Assembly (NCBI RefSeq): GCF_006345805.1
Contig: NC_043002.1
Span: 86,180,001 to 86,244,000, forward strand
DNA: 64,000 nt
Direction of reading: 5' to 3'
Origin: Octopus sinensis
Taxonomy: Eukaryota
The translations under genes and the position numbers were made by a program. Below, piece after piece: positions 24,295-36,696 of this stretch (positions are counted from its first letter, which is position 1; the number at the start of each line of letters is the position of its first letter). The notes beneath the pieces are model-generated. The model was not told where the DNA came from. It saw only the letters and a program-made list of their open reading frames with translations, and made no database searches.

Positions 24295-24500
24295 TCCATC
24301 ATCATCATTTAGAGTCTGTATTACATGCTGGCATGGGTTGGATGGCTTAATAGGACCCAGGAGATCAGAAGACTGCATTGAAAGCGAATGTCTGTTTAGA
24401 CATGGTTTCCATGGCTGGATGCACTTCCTAACACTACACACTTTGCAGTATATTTGATGCCTTTTCATTCAATGATATTAGTGAGGTTGGCAAGTAGCTT
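24295..24500 (-). mobile_element. Retroposon 3' tail fragment
   Basis: catcatcat...catgctggcatgggttggatgg...ggctggatgcacttcc. Confidence 0.65.
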
Positions 24501-25309
24501 GCAACACAAAGATTCCTTGATTGAGGGTGGTGGTGTAGTGTTGAAGGTGGTGATTTATACCAAATGTTGAGAGGCAAGAGTATGACAGAGGAGTAGGTAC
24601 AGGTGTTGTGCTGCTGAGAAGATATATGGAAAAGCAGGGAAAAAGATGCTTATGATGAGGTGCCAGAAAATACCCTCAAAATACAAAAGGGTGAATGTGA
24701 GGGGGGACAGGAACAGAGAATCAGGTGATGGGAACAAGGACAGAGAATCAAGTAAATTTGTGAGAGAGTGAGGCAAGCAATAGATAATTAGGAGTAGGGA
24801 TATAGGGACATAGGTGATGTAGTGAACTGCAAACAGGGGAAGGTTCATGGTCAATGGTGAATATCAGTTTGGAGAAAAGGTGAAGATAATAGGAGTGGGT
24901 CAAGGAGGAGGAGGCAATAAGTGGCCACACAAAGAGGAGAAGAGAGCAGCATTGTAAGAAAACTGTACAGATTGTCTAACGGGCATGTATATAAATACAT
25001 TTAAAATAAAATAAAAAAACAGAAATGGAAATGTAAAGGGAAGCTGGTTAGTGACACTTTACTTTAAACACTTCCACATAATAAAATTGGTCACCCTGTG
25101 AAAGATATACATCAAAAAGGCAACAGCTCGGATATCATTAACAGGAACTTCTACATGATATGGAAGATAAAGATAGGTGGAGGATTACAGTTATACAAAC
25201 TGAAGCAAGCTTGACTCGATGATGATGATGATGATGATAAAACACAAAATATATGTAGAAATGGGGATGAGATTAGCTCTAAAAGAGTATGCCATTGAGG
25301 CACCAACCA

Positions 25310-25930
25310 GCAGTGAATGGAACAGTAGAATGTGATATATTCATAATAGCACTCAGTAGAATGTGCTTTACTCATGATAGCAGCCATGAGGAATGTAAGA
25401 ATCTGTTGTTTTACACCAGCAAAATGGACAGTTTATACATAAACACTGGTAAGACCAAATTGATAGTGGTGGGGTCTACTGAGTGCCCAGTGATAAAAGA
25501 ACAAGCAAATCTGCTTCAGGCTGGATAGGAAGACTCAGTTATGAGCAAGCTGAACAAAGTGTGGAATTATCATAATGTGTCCCAAAGGTGATACAGACAG
25601 TGAAACCAGTGGCCGTCTTAGATGCACTTCACAACTGCAAGTCATGGATACTAAACACTGAGCAACAATATATAATCAGCAGCTTCAGATTGCAGTGATG
25701 GTGCTGTTTGCCAGGAATTCTGTAGACATCCCATATACATCTTAGATCAAGTATGTGGTCCTCGCAGCATCTTAAACTCTTTGTGTGAAAGGAAATGATC
25801 GTACGTTACCAGCAGTCAATCAACAACATTAAGAGAATCATTATAATTGGTACTATCTTGGACAAGGCTCTTGGTAGGGAGAAATCGCATTAGTAGTGGA
25901 CTGATGGCATAAAACAGTGAATAGGTAACT
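25310..25930 (+). mobile_element. Highly degenerate RTE-clade LINE remnant
   Basis: LYINTGKTKLIVVG (cf. GLxINxxKTKxMV), NCKSWIL (cf. GCESWTL), WTDGIKQ (cf. RWxDxIK). Confidence 0.55.
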
Positions 25931-26149
25931 TGCTTATACACATCTACTGAAAACTACCTGAAACTGAACACAGAGGCGAGTGCTTGTCAAGGCAATCACT
26001 CAAGATTGTTTGTCAAATTTATGGTGTAATGAGAAGTATTACCAGTATTGGTGCTAATAGTCAAATATTGAACAGTACATACACAATTGGGAATTATTTA
26101 ACTTCAAGATAAGAATCTATTTACAATTAATTATAACTACAATAAGTCA

Positions 26150-26510
26150 ACAAAGGACCCTCTATGGAGTCATTCAACCTGCTAAAAACAACAACCAAAT
26201 GTTTTACTGTCTTAATGGAAGAATATGCTGGATAAATTATTCTAGAATATAAGATGGGAGGGTCATTATTGGAATGCTAGTAATTGAATGATGAAAATTC
26301 AACACAATGAATCAGTCAAATAAACAGGTAGAGAACCTGTATGTGATTGATCAATCTGCTAAGTGTAGCAGTCAAGTTTTCCTGGAATCACACACAATAA
26401 TTTTAAAGAAAGGAAGATGAAGTTTGGAAAAATGATGGGATGATCATGGCTGGAATGAAATGGTCATAGGTCAGCTTGACCAGGACCTACTTGAGGTTAA
26501 ACAAGAACAT
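26150..26510 (+). repeat. Unclassified dispersed repeat (two degenerate pieces)
   Basis: aatctgcta...cagccaaat...ggatggtcatggctggaatg...ggttaaacaagaac motifs recur near 28900, 37430, 50600, 55800, 56340, 56790, 63000 and 63230. Confidence 0.6.
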
Positions 26511-27113
26511 ATGGATGATATCCAATAGTAATGCCACTGCACAGTTTAAGCTTTAAAATCCTTAAAAGTGTGTTTTTCCCAAATGCTCAGACAGATACAA
26601 CAAAATAAAACCAATTACAAAATCTTCGCTTCAGTATATCATTTTTCACTACCCATAGCAATAACAACAATGATATTAACTGTTATATTTTTCTCAGTAT
26701 CAGAGTTAGCTCCATACAGAAAACATTTTTTAAATTCCAGCACTTCATGTCCAAAAGTACTACATAAGCATAATACCCTCACTCATTCACACACACACAG
26801 GGCTGGCACCAGGGTATTCTGCACTATATGCCAGAGTATGTCCTTTCTCTCCCAGCTCTGTTTCATGAATACAGCCAATAGTAGTAGTTTTTAATATATA
26901 GTTTTACAATATTGTATCAATAGCATATTTGGTAATGATTCAATTTCCTGTTGCTGCTCAAACATTATTTCAGAGTGATCTAATCTATGCTTTTTATTAC
27001 CAAGTTTTCATTATTTTAATTGTATTGAGAAATTTGTCCAATTTATTCAGAATTTATGTGGTGTCTCCAAGGCAATTGTCTAGTCTGCCAAGTGGTAGTG
27101 CCAAAACTGCACA

Positions 27114-27480
27114 CATCATCGTCATCATCATCATCATCATCGTTTAACATCCACCTTCCATGCTAGCATGGATGGGATAATTTCACAAGAAGCAGCCAGG
27201 AAGAAGCCTGCACCAAACTTCTGTGACTGTTTTGGCAAGATTTTTACGGCTGGATGCCCTTCTTAACACCAACCACTCAGCAGAGTGCCTTAGTGCATTT
27301 TACGTGGCATAAGCACAGGCGAGGTCAGTAATGCTTTTTATTTGGCACAAGCACAGGTGAGGTCAGTTTTGGCAAGGCTTTTACTGCTGGATGCCCTTCT
27401 GAACAACAACCACTTTACAGTGTGGACTGGGTGCTTCTAAGTGGCTCCTGCATTGACAGGGTCACCACATATTTGCAAGA
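27114..27480 (-). mobile_element. Retroposon of the (GAT)n-tailed family
   Basis: catcatcat tail, ccatgctagcatgg, ggctggatgcccttc occurring twice. Confidence 0.75.
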
Positions 27481-28289
27481 CAAAAAAAAAAAATTTCAAG
27501 AGAGGAGGAGACATTGGAGGAGGTGATCTTGTGTTGGCAGAATAAATGAAGAGAGGGATATAGATGGTAGCAAGTACCAGGGCATATGCTTGAGGTTCCG
27601 ATGCCTAATATAAGTGGCAGGATATTGTGATGGAAGTGTGGTTAAAGAGTGCTAGTAAGTGGAAGTGTGATTAAAGAGTGCTAGTAAGTGGGTATATAGA
27701 GTCAGGAGACTACCAGATAGCAATGATACAGAGGAACAGAGCAATGAAGATAGTATCGGGAAGTGAGAGATAGGCATAATGTATGAAGAAGGAAATGTGA
27801 AAAAGAGATGTGGAGAAGTAGATTGGTTTGTTGGGGTAGGGTGAAGGAAACTTTTTCTTGTTATGTGAACATATAGGCCAAGAACATATAGGTCAAGGGC
27901 TAGCAGAGAGTAATGATGCAGTGGCATAGGGCCAAAAGGATAGGATTATGGAGTGGGAGGTAAACATAGTGCATGAAACGGAAAATGTGAGAAAGAGAAG
28001 AGATGTAGAGATGCAGTTTGGTTTGTTGTGGTAGAGTGTGTGAAAAGTTTTCTTGTTAAGTGTGGGAGGGACACACAGCACTTCTACAACTGAGTTTGAC
28101 TAACATGGGTGGATCTTCTCAAGAACTTCATATCACCAGACATCACGGTCCATTGTCATTTCTCTCAGTCCATTGTCAAGCATTTTAAAATCATATAATA
28201 TGACACAATCAATTTAAGACAACTTTATGAAATTAAACAACACATGACATCCAAATTGTTATTATACAAAAAAAAAAAAAAATTAGAAG

Positions 28290-28810
28290 CTATGCTATCT
28301 ACTTACAGAAGACCTTTTTAAGAGGTCTTGAACATTTTGAAGATAGCAAACTATTTTTCAGAACACCAAAGCCTATATAATGTACAAAATCTATAAATCC
28401 AGAATTTTCAATTTCAAGAATAGGGTGCCACAAAGATCTATCTTTCCACCCTTTCTTTTCAATGTTTTCAATACAAACTCGTGTCCTAAAAAATATACAC
28501 ACTGCTTTGTAAGCACTTGAAATCACACATTTTCACACTATTCTCCAGACACAGCTGCTTAACTACTCCAAATGTACATCTATTATCTAGAAGCCTAGCT
28601 CCAAAACAACAAACTTAAATATAGCACCTACCAAATCCACATCTTGTCTTGCTAGCAACAACAGGGAGTATAAAATACAACACTCAACCCATATAAACAC
28701 ACCAAATACATTTAGAAGATAAAACTACTCAAACACATTTACAATACTTTAGGACGTTATTACAACACCATTCTGGAAACACTATATCTCCTACTTAGCA
28801 CAGACAAAGA
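28290..28810 (+). mobile_element. Highly degenerate non-LTR reverse transcriptase remnant
   Basis: RVPQRSIFPPFLFNVF (cf. GVPQGSxLSPxLFN), YSPDTAA (cf. YADDTA), NLNIAPTKS, WKHYISYL. Confidence 0.5.
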
Positions 28811-29120
28811 TAAAAACACATAACTCGAGAAATAATTTTCACAGAAATAGCTTCATTAATCCAAAACACTATGTTGGGTAATCATACAGAAAGTTGTGTT
28901 GCAGTCTGAACATCTTATACTCTTTCCACTGACCTGTCTATTGTAGTTATTCATCCACATGTCAACAATGATTTGATGAAACCTATGATCAAAGGTGATC
29001 CAGTTGTGACCATCCTGTCTTTCTGGGATTTCTCAGAACTACATTATTTAATGTACATCACCAATAATAAACGTAGAACAACAACTAATACCATCTGGCA
29101 AATTCCGTAACCAACTCCCA

Positions 29121-29310
29121 AAGTTGCTAGAAACGGAGTTATGGTTCCATGTTCAGTCCCACTGTGTGGCACCTAAGGCAAGTATCTTCTACTATAGACT
29201 GAAGCTGACCAAAACCTTGTTAGTGGAATTGGTAGAGAAACTGAAAGAAGCCCATCATATATACATATACATATATACATATACATACATATATACATAT
29301 ATATATAGAT
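29121..29310 (+). mobile_element. CORE-like SINE, 5' part
   Basis: ttcagtcccactgtgtggcacctaaggcaagtatcttctactatag...gaaagaagcccatc followed by a TA tract. Confidence 0.8.
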
Positions 29311-29429
29311 TAGAGGTAGGTGTTCACAGTATAGAATACATTTCATAGTACTCAAGAGATTTGAACTTGAGCAGTTATAGGAGTAAATGTAAGGACAAGC
29401 AAGTTAGGCAAGTTGATATATAAAACATA

Positions 29430-29815
29430 AGGAGTGGCTGTGTGGTAAGTAGCTTGTTTACCAACCATATGGTTCCGGGTTCAGTCCCACTGTGTAGCAC
29501 TTTGGGCAAGTGTCTTCTACTATAGCCTCAGGCCAACCAAAGCCTTGTGAGTGGATTTGGTAGATGGAAACTGAAAGAAGCCCGTCATATATATGTGTAT
29601 GTGCATATGTGTGTGTTTGTGTGTCTGTGTTTGTCCCCCCAACATCGCTTGACAACCGATGCTGGTGTGTTTACGTCCCTGTAACTTAGCAGTTCGGCAA
29701 AAGAAACCGATAGAATAAGTACTAGGCTTATAAAGAATAAGTCCTGGAGTCAATTTGCTCAACTAAAGGCGGTGCTCCAGCATGGCCACAGTCAAATGAC
29801 TGAAACAAGTAAAAG
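29430..29815 (+). mobile_element. Full-length CORE-like SINE
   Basis: ggagtggctgtgtggtaag head, ttgggcaagtgtc core, tail ggcggtgctccagcatggccacagtcaaatgactgaaacaagtaaaag. Confidence 0.92.
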
Positions 29816-30174
29816 ACTACATTTAATACAAAAAATGTACATATATATACATATAAAAATGTCCAACTTACACAGAATAGAAATGATATCAGGAATTAAG
29901 GGGGTTGAGTATGAGTTTTATGAGCCCAACAGCTGTTTCTGGGGGCATGATAGTCCAAAATAATGATTATAACTCGATTCCTTCATCGAATAACATCAGC
30001 CTCTGACTTCAGGGAAAAATGTTACATTTGAGGTGTTGACAGAATGGAGTTTAAAGATGAGAGTAGTGGGAGGAGAAAATAGATTTCAGGGCTAGGGTTA
30101 ATAATGAGGCTAGTGATAGTAGTAGAAGTGGAAGGAGGGGGGAAGAGCGGTTTAGATAGTATGTGAATGATAAC

Positions 30175-30375
30175 CTGTGTGTTACACCATTTGACAACCA
30201 GTGATGGTTTGTTTGCGTCCTCATAACTTAGCAGTTCAGCAAAAAGAATTAATAGAATAAGTATCAGGCTTTAAAAAAAAAAGTACTGGTGCCAATTCAT
30301 TCAAGTAAAAAATTTTTAAGGCAGTGCCTCAGCATGGCTGCAGTCTAATGACTGAAACAAGTAAAAGAAAAAAGA
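30175..30375 (+). mobile_element. CORE-like SINE, 3' part
   Basis: ttgacaacc...aacttagcagttcagcaaaa...gactgaaacaagtaaaag. Confidence 0.75.
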
Positions 30376-30651
30376 AGAATTAAATAACGCAGTTCTGAGA
30401 AATCTCCAAAAGACAGGATGGTCAGAACTGGAATACCTTTGGTCGTAGGTTTAATCAAATCATAGTTGATATGGGGATAAATAACAACAATAACAGGTAA
30501 CAGAAATAGACTGGTCACTGGAAATAGTATAAAATGTCCACACTGCAACACATTCTATATGATTACCCATTGCATGATAGCATGTGCAGGATGGTCATTA
30601 CCAAGACAGAGTTATATTTGCAGCAAAACATCTGGGTTGCATTTGGTGGAA

Positions 30652-30963
30652 GCCAGTGGGCACGTAAAAGGGCACCATTCGAGCGTGATCATTATCAAAG
30701 TCGCCTTCTGGCACCCGTGCTGGTGGCATGTATAAAAGGATTCGAGCGAGGTCGTTGCCAGTACCGCCTGACTGGCCCCCGTTGCCGGTGGCACATAAAA
30801 AGCACCCACTACACTTTCGGAGTGGTTGGCATTAGGAAGGGCATCCAGCTGTAGAAACTCTGGAGCCTGGTGCAGCCATCTGGATTGCCAGCCCTCAGTC
30901 AAAATCGTCCAACCCATGATAGCATGGAAAACATACGTTAAACGATGATGATGATGATGATGA
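30652..30963 (+). mobile_element. Retroposon of the (GAT)n-tailed family
   Basis: Homologous to 18035-18380 and 32752-33096. Confidence 0.85.
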
Positions 30964-31075
30964 ATACAAAGTGTTAAATTTGTTTAATTAGCTTTTGAAG
31001 ATTTCAGTATATGACTGAAACAATAACATCTTGGACAGCAGAGAGAAAGCAATTATATTAAATATGAACTAGTAC

Positions 31076-31494
31076 AGGCACAGGAGTGGCTGTGTAGTAT
31101 GAAGTTTGTCTCCTAACCACATTTTTCCAGGTTTAGTTCTACTGTGTAGCACCTTGGGCAAGTATCTACTATAAGCCTAAGAGTGACCAAAGGTTTGTGA
31201 ATATATTTGACAGATAGAAATATAAGAAGCCCACTGTGTGTGTGCCTGCGTCTTCTTGTCTTGACATCCCATGTTAGTTGTAAAATGATAGTCACTATCA
31301 CACAAGCAGCGTCATTAATTTCTAATATTCTGTGTAAACATGTCTGGCCATGGGAAAATGTCACCTTGCTTGGAAACAAGTGAGCATTGGTGATAGGAAG
31401 AGCATCCAGTCATAAAAAACCTGCCTCAATAAGTTCCATCCAACCTATGCAAGCATCAAAGAGTGGATGTTAAAAGGATGATGACGATGACGAT
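31076..31494 (+). mobile_element. CORE-like SINE variant with alternative tail
   Basis: Same head as 29430; tail cttgcttggaaacaagtgag...aggaagagcatccag...gatgatgac. Confidence 0.8.
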
Positions 31495-32078
31495 AGTTAC
31501 GAAAAACACCAGGACTGGAAAAAAAAAAATCAATAAGTACCCTCTTGAATATTGGGTCAATGCAAGTCCAAAACTGCTACTCTGTCTTCAAAAGCAACAT
31601 TAAGTAAAAAGATTCCATAGATTAACAAAAGAGTAATGCATAGATACATATGAATGAGGCAACCCTGTGGAGAAGAAACATGACATCAGCTGGATTTATT
31701 CTTTTATCCAAATGCAAATGCTTCCCAGGAGAGTGTCTCATATAAATTTGAAGGTGATACAAATGCAACAATGAAAGAGTTGCAGCTATAGTGCATTGCT
31801 TGTAAATTCTCATTTTGTTCATTGTAGTTGATACACTTTGATATGTAGTAACAAATTTTCACAGAAAAGACAAGAAAAGTTCAATCGCATCATACTAGCA
31901 TAGTCAATCAGTGGAATGGTGAAAATTTACACAAATTTGTTTCAAAAGTTTGGTATCTGAGCATAATGATATAACATACATATAAATGCTTACTCATGTA
32001 TAAGTACACATAAATATTTATGTGTAACATAAATGACTTATGAGTAAATCTGATAGATGGAAACTGTATGGAAGTCCA

Positions 32079-32487
32079 GGAGTCTAGACAAGATGCCCTC
32101 TAGGATAAAATCCCCCTAGAACAAAATCCCACTGAGACAAAAACCCCTTCAGGACTATGTAAATGAAATTGGAGGAATTTTTGAATGGCATAGGACATAA
32201 CATCAAGTTGTAGTAAAATGTACTTTAAATGAACCTCAACACTTAATGAGATTTTCAATATTGTGCTTGCTTTAATTTTTCAAAGATATATGATATTCTT
32301 TTTATTATGCTCATTTTTGTGATTGGAGTTATTAAATAATTAATGTAATATTTTAAATATGAGGGAAATATTCATACACTACACTAAGAATAAAAATTAT
32401 GATTTAAAAATTTGTCCTGGTGGTGGTTTCATCCTCAGAGTTTTTTTTCTAGGAAGTTTTGTCCTAGGGGGTTTTTGTCCTACATTC
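32079..32487. mobile_element. MULE/foldback-like non-autonomous DNA element
   Basis: Inverted subterminal arrays of ggacaaaa(a)ccccc-like units at both ends; possible degenerate 9-bp TSD ggaagtcca/ggaaagtca. Confidence 0.55.
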
Positions 32488-32751
32488 GGAAAGTCATCAT
32501 GTATGTGCATGTCAATGTTGATGTTATATAGCTTCAGTTATCAATATCTAGATGATATGGGAATATGATGTTTACATTCCTTGTCAACATTATAACCAGT
32601 CTCTCTATGCTTTCAAAGACCTGTGGATTAGAAAATCCCTTACTTGATAAACATGACCCATCTAACCAATGCTAACATAGAAAAACACACATTAAATGAA
32701 TGAACAAATTATTTGAATCCTTCCAAGAAAATGTTATTTTATCAAAGATAA

Positions 32752-33096
32752 TCGTGACCATTACCAAAGTTGTGATCGTTACCAAAGTCGTGATCGTTAC
32801 CAAAGTCACCTTACTGGCACCTGCGCTGGTGGTATGTGTAAAAGGATTTGAGCGAGGTGGTTACCAGTACCACCTGACTGGCCCCCGTGCCAGTGGCACG
32901 TAAAAAGCACCCACTACACTCTCGGAGTGGTTGGCATTAGGAAGGGCATCCAGCTGTAGAAAGAAACTCAGCCAAATCAAGATTGGAGCCTGGTGCAACC
33001 ATCCAGTTCGCCAGCCCTCAATCAAAATCGTCCAGCCCATGCTAGCATGGAATGCGGACGTTAAACAATGATGATGATGATGATGATGATGATGAT
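32752..33096 (+). mobile_element. Retroposon of the (GAT)n-tailed family
   Basis: Three 18-bp gtgatcgttaccaaagtc units at the 5' end; shared tail. Confidence 0.85.
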
Positions 33097-33674
33097 TATA
33101 TCTTACTGTTGCAATGAGACTCAGTAGTATGAGATATAAGTAAAGTCAAATGAAAGTAAAGTGAATTCTTCACTAATATACATTAAATATTTTTGCTGTA
33201 CTTTTGTCTCCTTTTAACATGTGTGATTCAAGAACCAGCTAATTTTCCCCAATGTTTTAATCTTTTTGCACAACAGGGAATAACGCTGAAAGTCCTTGCA
33301 CTGTGATACAGCATTAGAATTAACGTTTACAATTTAACTAGATTTACTGATTAGATTAAGAATTATTCTGTTATTCTTTATTAAATTTGACGTAATCCAT
33401 CCAACAGATACATGAAATGTTTAAAAACCTTTGGATGGGGTGGGTAAATCTACCTAAATCTAATTTACTTCAGATCTAAACAGCTTCGACAGAGAGTGCC
33501 TTTCCACTGATGAAAATAAGAAACAAAATACAGACATCAGCAAGAGTACAAGAGAGTAGCAGCTGGCCAAATCAATAGGATGCCAGCCAAAATGTTGCTA
33601 TCACTTTTCCCATAATTCATGTGAAAACATTATCTCCCATTAGGTCTGTCTAGATATTCATTATTATTATTATT

Positions 33675-33871
33675 AAGGCAGTGAGCTAACAGAATTGTTT
33701 GCATATGGGGCAAAATTCTTAGCAGCATTTAGTCCATCTTTACATTCTGAGTTCCATTGAGGTCAACTTCACCTTTCACGGTTGATGAAATAAGTTCCAA
33801 TTGAACACTGAAGTCAATGTAATCAACTTATTCACTATCCCAGAATTGATGGCCTTGTGCCAAAATTTGAA
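33675..33871 (+). mobile_element. Meta-core-like SINE (degenerate)
   Basis: aaggcagtgagct...ttctgagttcc...gaggtcaacttc...ggccttgtgccaaaatttga. Confidence 0.8.
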
Positions 33872-33905
33872 ATAATAATAATAATTATTATTATTATTAT
33901 TATTA

Positions 33906-34500
33906 TTCAGTAGTTTTATTTTTTATAGCGTGCTTTCACTTCACTACCGAGCGCAGCTCTGTGTGCCTTGGGTATGTGCTGTGATTTGTTGTGATGCTCT
34001 GATGGTTATTGTATGGAAAGTGTTCTGTGTAGGATGTGTGCAGTGCCTAGTAGTGCAATTTTCTGTATGTTATATGTGTTCGTAAGTCCTGGTGTTTTTG
34101 TTATGTATTTGTCTGAATATTTTTTTATCATACCTAATGCACCTATGATAGAAATTGTTTCTGATTTTAGATTCCACATTCTGGTTACCTCCATTTCCAG
34201 GTCTTTATATTTTGAAAGTTTCTCCATTTCTTTTAGAGACACGTTGTCATCTGCCGGTATTGATACATCAATTAGAAAGCATTTTTTTTCTTCGTGATCT
34301 CTGACAACTATATCTGGTCTGTTGGCCTTAATTTCTCTATCTGTGTGTATCGGCATATCCCAAAGTATGGTTGCTTTTTCGTTTTCTGTGACCTTTTCTG
34401 GTGTGTGCCTATACCATCTTTTTTCTGTTGTTATTCCATAATGTTGGCATAGCTTCCAGTGTATGTAGGTTCCAACTCTGTCATGTCTGTGAATATATTC
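33906..34500 (-). mobile_element. R4/Dong-like LINE 3' fragment with restriction-like endonuclease domain
   Basis: RHDRV, ILWD, RPDIVV...FLIDVSIP, EKLSKYKDL and QKIALLGTAHIL are RLE-domain hallmarks; flanked by (ATT)n on both sides. Confidence 0.92.
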
Positions 34501-34517
34501 CTTCTTCTTCTTCTTCT

Positions 34518-34697
34518 TATCATTATTATTATTATCATTATTATTATTATCATTATTACTATTATTATTATTATTATTATTATTATTATCATTATTACTA
34601 TTATTATTATTATTATTATTATCATTATTACTATTATTATTATTATTATTATTATCATTATTACTATTATCATTATTACTATTATTATTATTATTAC

Positions 34698-34740
<43 letters not shown>
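34518..34740. repeat. (ATT)n-derived microsatellite
   Basis: Seen directly, interrupted by ATC/ACT units. Confidence 0.95.
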
Positions 34741-34742
<2 letters not shown>

Positions 34743-35820
34743 GGGCAGCAAACTGGCAGAATTGTTGAGTATCAGAAAGAATATCTTGTATTAGTCCCAA
34801 CTTTTATATTCTGAGTTCAAATTCTGCCAAAGTCAACTTTGCCCTTCTTATCCCCAGAGTTGATAAAATAAATGCCAGTGAAGTATTGGGGATGATGGTA
34901 TTGACTAAACCCTCTCCTCAAATTTTTGTTGGTTTTTGTGCTTAAATTAGAAACATACCTTTCATCTTTTTGGGATTGACAAAATAAGTACTAGTTGAGC
35001 ATTGGAGTCAATTTAATTGACTTACCTCCAATCCTAAAATTGCTGGCCTTGTGCCAAAACTTGAAACCATTATCACTGTTCTGTACGTTTGTTTAACCTT
35101 GATCAGTTTCAGCACCATATCAGTTTTTCTATCAGAAACAGTTGCTAGCAGGGCTATCAACCCTTCATCCTTTCTGGAGAAATTGATGTTGTGAGTGTTT
35201 TCCCACAGTCGTTATCACAACACAACACAGATGATTCTAAGAAAGAGAGATGAACTGATTCCAGTTCTTGCCAGGTGTTTTATCAACCTCAGAACAATAA
35301 CAGGGAAAGCTGATCTTATTTCTTTATTGCCCACAAGGGGCTAAACATAGAAGGGACAAACAAGGACAGACAAGAAGATTAAGTCAATTACATCGACCCC
35401 AGTGCATAACGTACTTAATTTATCGACCCCGAAAGGATGAAAGGCAAAGTCGACCTTGGTGGAATTTGAACTCAGAGCATAACAGCAGACGAAATACCGG
35501 TAAGCATTTCACCTGTTGTGCTAACATTTCTGCCAGCTTGCCAATCAACTCATGACAAGTTGATCTTGTCAGGATTTGAGCTCAGATCACAGAGAGTTGG
35601 AACAAATACTGATTTCAAATTTTGGCATAAGGCCAGCAATTTTGAGGGAGGGAGTTAGTCAATAACATCAAACCCAGTGCTCAACTGGTACATATTACCT
35701 TGACACCAAAAGGATGAAAGGTAAAGTCAACCTGAATGGAATTTGAACTTAGAGCATAAATACGGACAAAATGCTGCTAAGTATTTTGCCTGGCATACTA
35801 ATGATCCTGCCAGCTCGCAT
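34741..35820. mobile_element. Cluster of Meta-core-like SINEs in both orientations
   Basis: Plus copies about 34741-35070; minus copies about 35318-35545 and 35550-35820. Confidence 0.85.
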
Positions 35821-36272
35821 GCTTTACAGAGCTAGAACAAATATCATAAGGCATTCTGACACTCAAATGACTGCCAATTTGACACCTATATGTCTGTCTA
35901 CTTAAGTGTAAATATTTAAAATGAGTAAGCAAAGTTGAAGATGATAAGTGATGCAAACTTTGGATAACTGGTATATGTTATGTTTATTTGAAGTACTGAG
36001 TAAATATATTAATAAGTAAATGTGTTATATTAGAGGGTAGATATGTTGTTTTAGAGGGTCAATATATTATGGGTAGTGTGTAAATATTCTGAAGTCGATA
36101 CACTGTTGGGAGAATTTCTTGACATTTCAAACAAAGCTCTTCTTTGAAAAGCAAGAAAAGTTTTTCTTTGTCATCAATGACAGAGTAGAGTAGAGAATGA
36201 CAGGGAATGGAAAAAGAATTTAGTTGTTATATATAGGAAACAAACGGCAGGAGAAAGAGTAAGAGAAAGAAC

Positions 36273-36696
36273 GGATCTTTTCGGTTTGAACGGCAATTTT
36301 TTCTAGCGGTGTCATATGAAATTGTCACCTATAATTATGACTCGAGTATCGATCTATTGCATTTCAATCTGTTTTAGGGTTAATGTTAGGGTTAGGGGTG
36401 GGGGGAAGGGTATCTTTTTTTTCTTCACAAATGTAGATAAACCCAATCTGTTTCTTAAACGAGGGACATATTCAAATGGCACAGAATGTTTTTTACCTCA
36501 ATGGACGTCATTGATTGGTTAAAATTGCAGAAATTGAAGAAAAGAAACAACAAATATCTTACAAACTATAGAATTTTCCTAATAAAGCTAAGAGAAAAAG
36601 ATGTTTTATAAACACATTCTACCAGTATACGAAGTTTAAAATTTTTTAGTTACCTAGAAATTATGTTAAAAACTGCCGTTCAAACCGAAAAGATCC
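36273..36696. mobile_element. MITE with 23-bp GG-starting TIRs and 8-bp TSD (Merlin- or MULE-like)
   Basis: TIR ggatcttttcggtttgaacggca / tgccgttcaaaccgaaaagatcc; TSD gaaagaac at 36265-36272 and 36697-36704; second copy at 51904. Confidence 0.85.

Noticed and set aside
33495-33545. CTGATGA...GAAAC hammerhead-like words
   Set aside because: No stem II, stem III or stem I pairing around them; the CTGATGA at 18281 likewise lacks a properly placed GAAA
34006-34800. 264-aa ORF with poly-Asn
   Set aside because: An (ATT)n microsatellite read in frame with a truncated R4/Dong LINE C-terminus; not a host gene
36370-36410. TTAGGG repeats as a true telomere or fusion scar
   Set aside because: Only 2-3 units, and they are internal to a multi-copy TIR element
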